This document shows positions 58,679-64,000 of a stretch of DNA of 64,000 nucleotides, piece after piece (position 1 is the stretch's first letter; each line of letters opens with the position of its first letter). The DNA comes from Acidobacteriota bacterium (GTDB lineage: Bacteria > Acidobacteriota > UBA6911 > RPQK01 > JAJDTT01). The notes beneath the pieces are model-generated. The model made no database searches. It saw only the letters and a program-made list of their open reading frames with translations, and was not told the origin of the DNA. The stretch is from NCBI GenBank assembly GCA_965217775.1, contig CBDCJH010000002.1, forward strand, positions 1,024,001 to 1,088,000, written 5' to 3'. The position numbers and the translations under genes are program-made.

Positions 58679-60472
58679 TCATTCGGGGAAATAGCTCAGG
58701 TCCCACTCTCCCAGCTTCCACAATGGACTGGAAGTCGATTGGGGTTCGGGCCGGCCCGCCATGATCCAGGCGGCAATCTCCTCATGGTGTCCCAGACGGG
58801 CCAGCGTCTCGGAGGCCTGGCCGCCGGCGATGGCGGTGTCCCAGAAGGCCAGGTGCTCGACTCCCAGGGAGTAGAGCTGGCCGGCCTTGTTCCGGTACTG
58901 GGTGGCGTCCAGGTTTCGGGGCAGCACATTGAGCGCCAGACGGCAATTTCCCGCGCGGGCCAGGCGAACCCAATAGCTGACGTCGGCGGGGTCTTCCCAG
59001 GCGGTCTGAAAGCTGAACAGGCTCCGGGCCGAGGTGTAGGGGACCAGCGTGTCCACCAGACCCTCCTGAACCCACCGCTCGACGTCAATCCCGTAAAGCA
59101 GATTCTCCTCGCGGGAGCCGAACAGCCAGGCGGTGACCGGGAGGGGCGCGGACGCGTCCTGTTCCTGGGCGGCCTCCGCCAGTTCGGCCTGCAGGTCCTC
59201 CATGAAACCGGTGAGGACCCCGCTCTTGTAGGCCAGCCAGCGGGGGTCCGTTTCGGGCAGGCGCCGGGGGTCCACTCCGAACTCCGCCTGGAACCCCTCC
59301 ACCAGCGGCCTTTCGTACTCCAGGAAGGGGGGCTGCCGGTTGTAGAGAATGGCGATGCCGTCGATGGGATAGCCGGTCATCTCCCGGATCAATGAGAGGA
59401 CGTAGCGGCGAGTTTCGGGAAAGGCATACGACAACCCGAGCGAGGGCTGGCCGTCGCGGCCCACGCAACGGAGCTCGGGGCGCTGGTCGTAGAGTCCGCC
59501 GCGATTGAATTCGTCGAAGGGCGGAGGCCAGTAGAAGGGCCGCCAGCCGATTCGGTAACAGGCGTGGAACTCCATCCCCAGTTCGTGAGCGAAGTCGGCG
59601 GCGACGCGAAAGGGATCGATTCCGCGTTCGACGTAGTCGTCCCAGGCTTCCCGGGCCAGACGGTCGTAGCGCCTGGGGGGATCCTGGGTCCGGATGCCCC
59701 GGTGGTCCCAGACCCGCCCGATGCGGGTCAGGTAGTTGCAGATGTCCCCGTGGGCGCCGTCCCAGTAGATGCGTCCGAAATCGGTGTGCCGGTAAGGTTC
59801 CAGTTGGGCCTGAATGGCCGTCTCTTGGGACCGGCCTCCCGGCATTCGGTATCCCCGGTCGCCGTCGAACCAGGAGTCGTTGTAGGCGAACAACCGGCGA
59901 TGGGTGGGGTCGGACCGATCCTGTTCCAGGTCTCGGACCTCTTCGTCGGTGAGAGGGACCAGCTTGATGTAGGCGAGCCAGACCTTGCCGCTGATGTTGC
60001 CGAAGGCCTGTTCGTCGGGCACCGCCCGCTGGCACGGTTGCCGGAACGCCAGGGTCTGGTCCGAAAGGTCGGCTGTCTTCCAGAAGACGTCCTGGATTCT
60101 GGGGCCCTGTTTCTGATCATTGTCCGGGACGCCCCAGGGGCGTTCGCTGGGGACGGGAAGATAGATGAGCGAGAACGCCGGATCTCCGCTGAGCCGGGCG
60201 AAGACCCGTTGAGCCTCATAGGGCCGCCACGCATTGTTGAAGAGGCCGATATGGACGTCATGCCACCCCTGGACCTCGAGCGGGTAGGTGATCTCCGCCG
60301 CCTCGGTCTCCTCGCCGGCGAAGAGGAGCGTTCCCACGGCGGTATCGGTCTCGAATTCCAGCATTCGCCAAGCAAACCGGCGGGCCGTGCGGCTGAGGGC
60401 GGTCGCCGGCTGGCAGCGGTCCAGATCGGCCAGGTAGACGGGATCGTTCTGCCTCCGGAATCGATTGAGCAT
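58679..60472 (-). CDS. Hypothetical protein with glycosyl hydrolase-like TIM barrel (GHL10-like)
   Basis: AHELGMEFHACYR, LSYAFPETR, YPIDGI, DVERWVQEGLVD; start uncertain (60472 or 60559). Confidence 0.6.
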   Translation of the reverse strand: MLNRFRRQNDPVYLADLDRCQPATALSRTARRFAWRMLEFETDTAVGTLLFAGEETEAAEITYPLEVQGWHDVHIGLFNNAWRPYEAQRVFARLSGDPAFSLIYLPVPSERPWGVPDNDQKQGPRIQDVFWKTADLSDQTLAFRQPCQRAVPDEQAFGNISGKVWLAYIKLVPLTDEEVRDLEQDRSDPTHRRLFAYNDSWFDGDRGYRMPGGRSQETAIQAQLEPYRHTDFGRIYWDGAHGDICNYLTRIGRVWDHRGIRTQDPPRRYDRLAREAWDDYVERGIDPFRVAADFAHELGMEFHACYRIGWRPFYWPPPFDEFNRGGLYDQRPELRCVGRDGQPSLGLSYAFPETRRYVLSLIREMTGYPIDGIAILYNRQPPFLEYERPLVEGFQAEFGVDPRRLPETDPRWLAYKSGVLTGFMEDLQAELAEAAQEQDASAPLPVTAWLFGSREENLLYGIDVERWVQEGLVDTLVPYTSARSLFSFQTAWEDPADVSYWVRLARAGNCRLALNVLPRNLDATQYRNKAGQLYSLGVEHLAFWDTAIAGGQASETLARLGHHEEIAAWIMAGRPEPQSTSSPLWKLGEWDLSYFPE

Positions 60473-60734
60473 CGCAACGGCTCCAGGAGGCGCCTGCGCC
60501 GGTCTCGGGGGCTCCTCCTTGGGAGGGGGATTGTATCCAGCCTCAATCGGGGGGATCAAGCGGTTTGTTTATCGACCATTCGGAACTTTCGGAGGACCAT
60601 GGTGGATTATTGCGTGGGAATACGGGGGCGGCTCTTATTGTCGTTGCGGGTCCTGCAGAAACTGCGGAAACCCATAGCCAATATTGTGGCCGAGCCATTT
60701 GCACCGTTTGAGCAAGACGCGACTCCACCCATTT

Positions 60735-61727
60735 TCACTTCCTCCATTTTGTCAAGTAGTATGAAATAAGAATAACTAAAAAACCAACTATCACTGCAAT
60801 TAAAGGGATCGTTGCTTTCCCCAACGTCGTTCCTTGAAGATATGTCATGCCTCCGTACATCATCGTCAGCGCGCCGACTATCCCGCCTGCTATTCTGATA
60901 AACTTTCGCTCGAACAAAGATTCTACAGTGTCCAAGAGACTCTTTCGGGTGTCCTCCAGTTTTTCAGAGAGCCGTTCTGTTTCGGCCGCAAACGTCTCTG
61001 CTAGTGTATCCGTTGTACGTTGGAAGCCATCTCGCATCATTCGTACGTCAGTCGATACAACCTCAAATTTGCCGTGAAGATTAGTTAGTTCGGTTCCTAT
61101 ATGGTCGAAAGGATAGCCCGCCTCACGCAGTTGCTTCTTCGGATCGAGGTTTTCGAAGGTAGACGAAACGATCTGGGTTTTTGGTATGTTTGCAGGGATC
61201 GTGCGCGCCGACCGAACAATTCCTTCACTATCCTGGTAGCTGTCCTTTGGGCGATCGCCGTACCCGGTTTCCGGGCTCTCGGTTTCGTCCAAGGCGAATA
61301 TTGTCAACTTGAAAATCGGCTCTCCATACTGGAGTATAAGATTCTTCGTAGAACCATTTCGCAACCCCCAATTAAGCATACCTCGAAATCCCGCATCGAT
61401 CTTTGTAGCTGCTTGCGAAATGCCTTCCCGCATCATTGTGGTGGTCGGAGTAATAAACGCCATTAAGGTGCAACCAGGAAAAAGCTCCTGGATTTTGGAT
61501 GAACGAAAATTGATTTGTTCAATGCTGGAAATGGAAATACTTTCTCCAGGATTGACTTTCAGGAATTGTCCGGCAGCAAGTTCTCGTTCTTCGTCGGTGG
61601 AGTGAAATAAAACGTGCTTTCCAAGACGCAATTCAATTCCATTTGGATTTATAAGTTCAGGATCGGCATGTTTGATCACTGAACCGAGTAGGCGATTGAT
61701 GTCTCTATCAGGAAGAATGGTAGCCAC
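60735..61727 (-). CDS. dCTP deaminase/dUTPase-fold protein with coiled-coil-like linker and two C-terminal TM helices
   Basis: ILPDRDI, INPNGIELRLG, KIDAGFRG, GEPIFKL, Y..SYQDSEG; hydrophobic IAGGIVGALTMMYGG and LIAVIVGFLVILISYYL; visibly AT-rich. Confidence 0.75.
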   Translation of the reverse strand: MATILPDRDINRLLGSVIKHADPELINPNGIELRLGKHVLFHSTDEERELAAGQFLKVNPGESISISSIEQINFRSSKIQELFPGCTLMAFITPTTTMMREGISQAATKIDAGFRGMLNWGLRNGSTKNLILQYGEPIFKLTIFALDETESPETGYGDRPKDSYQDSEGIVRSARTIPANIPKTQIVSSTFENLDPKKQLREAGYPFDHIGTELTNLHGKFEVVSTDVRMMRDGFQRTTDTLAETFAAETERLSEKLEDTRKSLLDTVESLFERKFIRIAGGIVGALTMMYGGMTYLQGTTLGKATIPLIAVIVGFLVILISYYLTKWRK

Positions 61728-62319
61728 TATCCCTGCCCCATTTCATACCGTTTCTGTGGCTTCTGGCACCCTGACGATGGGCGTCTTGTCGGTGTCCGTG
61801 GGCGTCATCTTATTACGATGCGGTTTTCCACCTTCGCAATTATGCACGCTTCTCAGGATACTGCTCACTTCGTAGCCAAGCGGTCGTCCAGAACCGAAAA
61901 ACGACAGGATTGCCGTTGATCCAACGTGCCAGTGGTTGGCGTAAGACGGGGATCCAAAGCGTCCAGCCTAGCCGACGCACCGGAGAATCGGGGACGTGCT
62001 CTTCTGGAAAGAACAACCCGATTCGCGTTGGCGGGCGAGTATGACTGGACGCACGGAGAACATCAAGGGCGTTTGGGAGCTCACTGCATCTGATGCCGTC
62101 AGGTGCCGGCTGATTGGTTGGCAAGGCTTGGCGGAGGGACCGGAGGGGGTGTGCGACTTTGGCTGGAGTGTGACGAGAATAGTGAGAGTGGACCAGGGCT
62201 GGGCCCCAAGGGGAGACTTGCCAGCACTTCTGCCACCGCAGCCCGGGTAGCGGAGAGGGGAGCGTGGGAGCGGTTTCTTTGAACCGGACAGCACGGCTTG
62301 TATAGTGGACGGTGCCAAC

Positions 62320-64000
62320 ATGATCCCTCCCCTGGTACACACCTTCCATCTGGACGAAGGAGCCGTCTTTCGCTGGCGCTTCGCGGGATTGATCCTGGGG
62401 GGCCTGCTTCTGGTGGCCTACTGGCAGGAGTGGATCGTCTCCCCCTTTCCCTGGGACCTGGGCCTCATCCTGACCTTCCTCTACGGGTACAGCACCTTCC
62501 ACCGGGCGTTCCAGGACGTGATCTCCCGGCGGATCAGCGCCGATCAGGCGGTGACTCTCGCAGCCTTGGCCGCGCTCTATGTGGGCGAGTATCTGGCCGC
62601 CGCCGAGGTGGTCTACATCATGCTCGTGGGGGAGACGCTGGAGGCCTACGCCTCCCAAAGGTTCCACACCGACCTGACCCAGCTGCTCTCGTTGCTGCCC
62701 CGGGAGGCCCACCGCTGGGGAGACGACGGCGAGGAGCGGGTGGCTCTGGGCGAACTCCGGCCGGAGGACCGGTTGGTGGTCTATCCGGGCGAGCGAGTCC
62801 CGGTGGACGGCGTCATCCTGGAAGGGGAATCGCTTCTGGACGAGAGTTCCATCACCGGGGAGTCGGTGCCCCGGGAGCGGTCGGTCCGCGACCAGGTCTA
62901 CGCCGGCAGCGTGAACCAGACTGCCCGGCTCCTGGTCCGCGCCCGCCAAGTGGGCGAAACCACGGTGTTGAACCGGATCGTGGAGCTGGTGCGCCAGGCC
63001 CGGGAGAGCAAGGCTCCGATTCAACGGACCGCGGACCGCTACGCCCAATGGTTTCTGCCGCTGGTGCTGGGAATCGCGGTCCTCTGCTACGTGGTGACGG
63101 GGGACTGGATGCGCTCGGTGGCGATCCTGATCGTGGCCTGCCCCTGCGCCATGGTCCTGGCGACGCCGGCGGCGGTCCTGGCCACCATCAGCGCCCTGGC
63201 CCGGAAGGGCATCGTCGTTCGCGGCGGGGTCCAGATCGAGGAGCTCTCCAAGATCGACTGCTTCGCCTTCGACAAGACCGGGACCCTCACCCGGGGCCGG
63301 CCCGAGCTGGTCCGGGTGATCCCCTTCGGCGAATTTCGGCCCGACGCGATCCTGGGTTGGGCGGCATCCCTGGAATTCTTCTCTGAGCATCTGCTGGCCA
63401 AGGCCATTCGGGAGGCGGCCGAGAGCCGCGGACTCGACGTGTCGCCCGGGGAATCGGTCCAAAGGCACGCCGGTCTGGGTCTGGAAGGGACGGTGGCGTC
63501 CAGCGGCGGGAAAGCGGGTCCGACCGTACTGGTGGGCAGCGCACGATTCCTGGAGCAGCGGGGAGTGACCCTCTCCAAGCCGGAGCAGGACGCCCTGGAT
63601 CAAGCTGCTTCCGAAGGAGGCATCGCCGTCCTGGTCGGGCGGGAAGGGCAAGCTGCCGGAGTCCTCCTACTGCAGGATCAGCCCCGGCAGGAGGCGGGCC
63701 AAGCGGTGGCCGAGTTGCGCCAACTGGGGATCCGGAAGTCCCTGCTGTTGACGGGAGACAACGAAAAAGCGGCCCACCGGGTGGCCCGGGAGGTGGGGAT
63801 CGCCCAAGTGCACGCGGGACTGCTCCCGGAGGAAAAGCTGGCCCACCTGGAGGATCTCAAGCTCCAGGGCCTCCGGGTGGCCATGGTGGGAGACGGTGTC
63901 AACGACTCGCCTTCGCTGGCCGCCGCCCACGTCGGCATCGCCATGGGGGACACGGGGACCGACATCGCAGCCGAAGCTTCGGGCGTGGTGCTGGTCGGAG
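62320..64000 (+). CDS. Heavy-metal P1B-type ATPase, 3' end outside window
   Basis: Translated by hand from the ATG at 62320: PGERVPVDG, DESSITGES, ACPCA, FDKTGTLT, SEHLLA, LTGDN, VGDGVND. Confidence 0.92.
   Translation, partial: MIPPLVHTFHLDEGAVFRWRFAGLILGGLLLVAYWQEWIVSPFPWDLGLILTFLYGYSTFHRAFQDVISRRISADQAVTLAALAALYVGEYLAAAEVVYIMLVGETLEAYASQRFHTDLTQLLSLLPREAHRWGDDGEERVALGELRPEDRLVVYPGERVPVDGVILEGESLLDESSITGESVPRERSVRDQVYAGSVNQTARLLVRARQVGETTVLNRIVELVRQARESKAPIQRTADRYAQWFLPLVLGIAVLCYVVTGDWMRSVAILIVACPCAMVLATPAAVLATISALARKGIVVRGGVQIEELSKIDCFAFDKTGTLTRGRPELVRVIPFGEFRPDAILGWAASLEFFSEHLLAKAIREAAESRGLDVSPGESVQRHAGLGLEGTVASSGGKAGPTVLVGSARFLEQRGVTLSKPEQDALDQAASEGGIAVLVGREGQAAGVLLLQDQPRQEAGQAVAELRQLGIRKSLLLTGDNEKAAHRVAREVGIAQVHAGLLPEEKLAHLEDLKLQGLRVAMVGDGVNDSPSLAAAHVGIAMGDTGTDIAAEASGVVLVG

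Noticed and set aside
61728-62300. Short ORFs between the Dcd-like gene and the ATPase
   Set aside because: Interrupted by stops with no recognisable domain; possibly a degraded gene but unsupported.
61840-63651. 603-aa minus-strand ORF
   Set aside because: Antisense shadow of the P-type ATPase, which the ORF track missed because it runs off the window.

Overview
High-GC bacterial DNA. The gene content (TonB-dependent receptor, TPR proteins, ASPIC/UnbV-CRTAC1 proteins, DUF1501 plus PSD1/PSCyt cytochrome pairs, a GWxTD protein) suggests Acidobacteriota or a similar lineage; this is inference. All family assignments come from motif reading and recall, not database searches. The backbone is a carbohydrate/amino-sugar uptake and catabolism region. 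It is interrupted by three things: a decayed defence island (about 28.6-35.0 kb), a HigBA-flanked biosynthetic island (about 40.9-50.0 kb) and an AT-rich lone dCTP-deaminase-fold gene with a membrane tail (60.7-61.7 kb). Three items stand out. (1) A seven-gene cluster carries a full Campylobacter Cj1418-1417-1416-1415-1419-like phosphoramidate pathway. It is preceded by a sulfotransferase-fold protein with a non-canonical donor loop and a B12 radical-SAM enzyme, and no capsule genes are nearby. (2) A 158-bp palindromic MITE-like element occurs in three copies. It has no stop codon in any frame on one strand, and with a 4-bp TTAA duplication it adds exactly 54 codons in frame inside a DNA methyltransferase. 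(3) The Dcd/dUTPase-fold protein has altered catalytic motifs and is fused to two predicted transmembrane helices.
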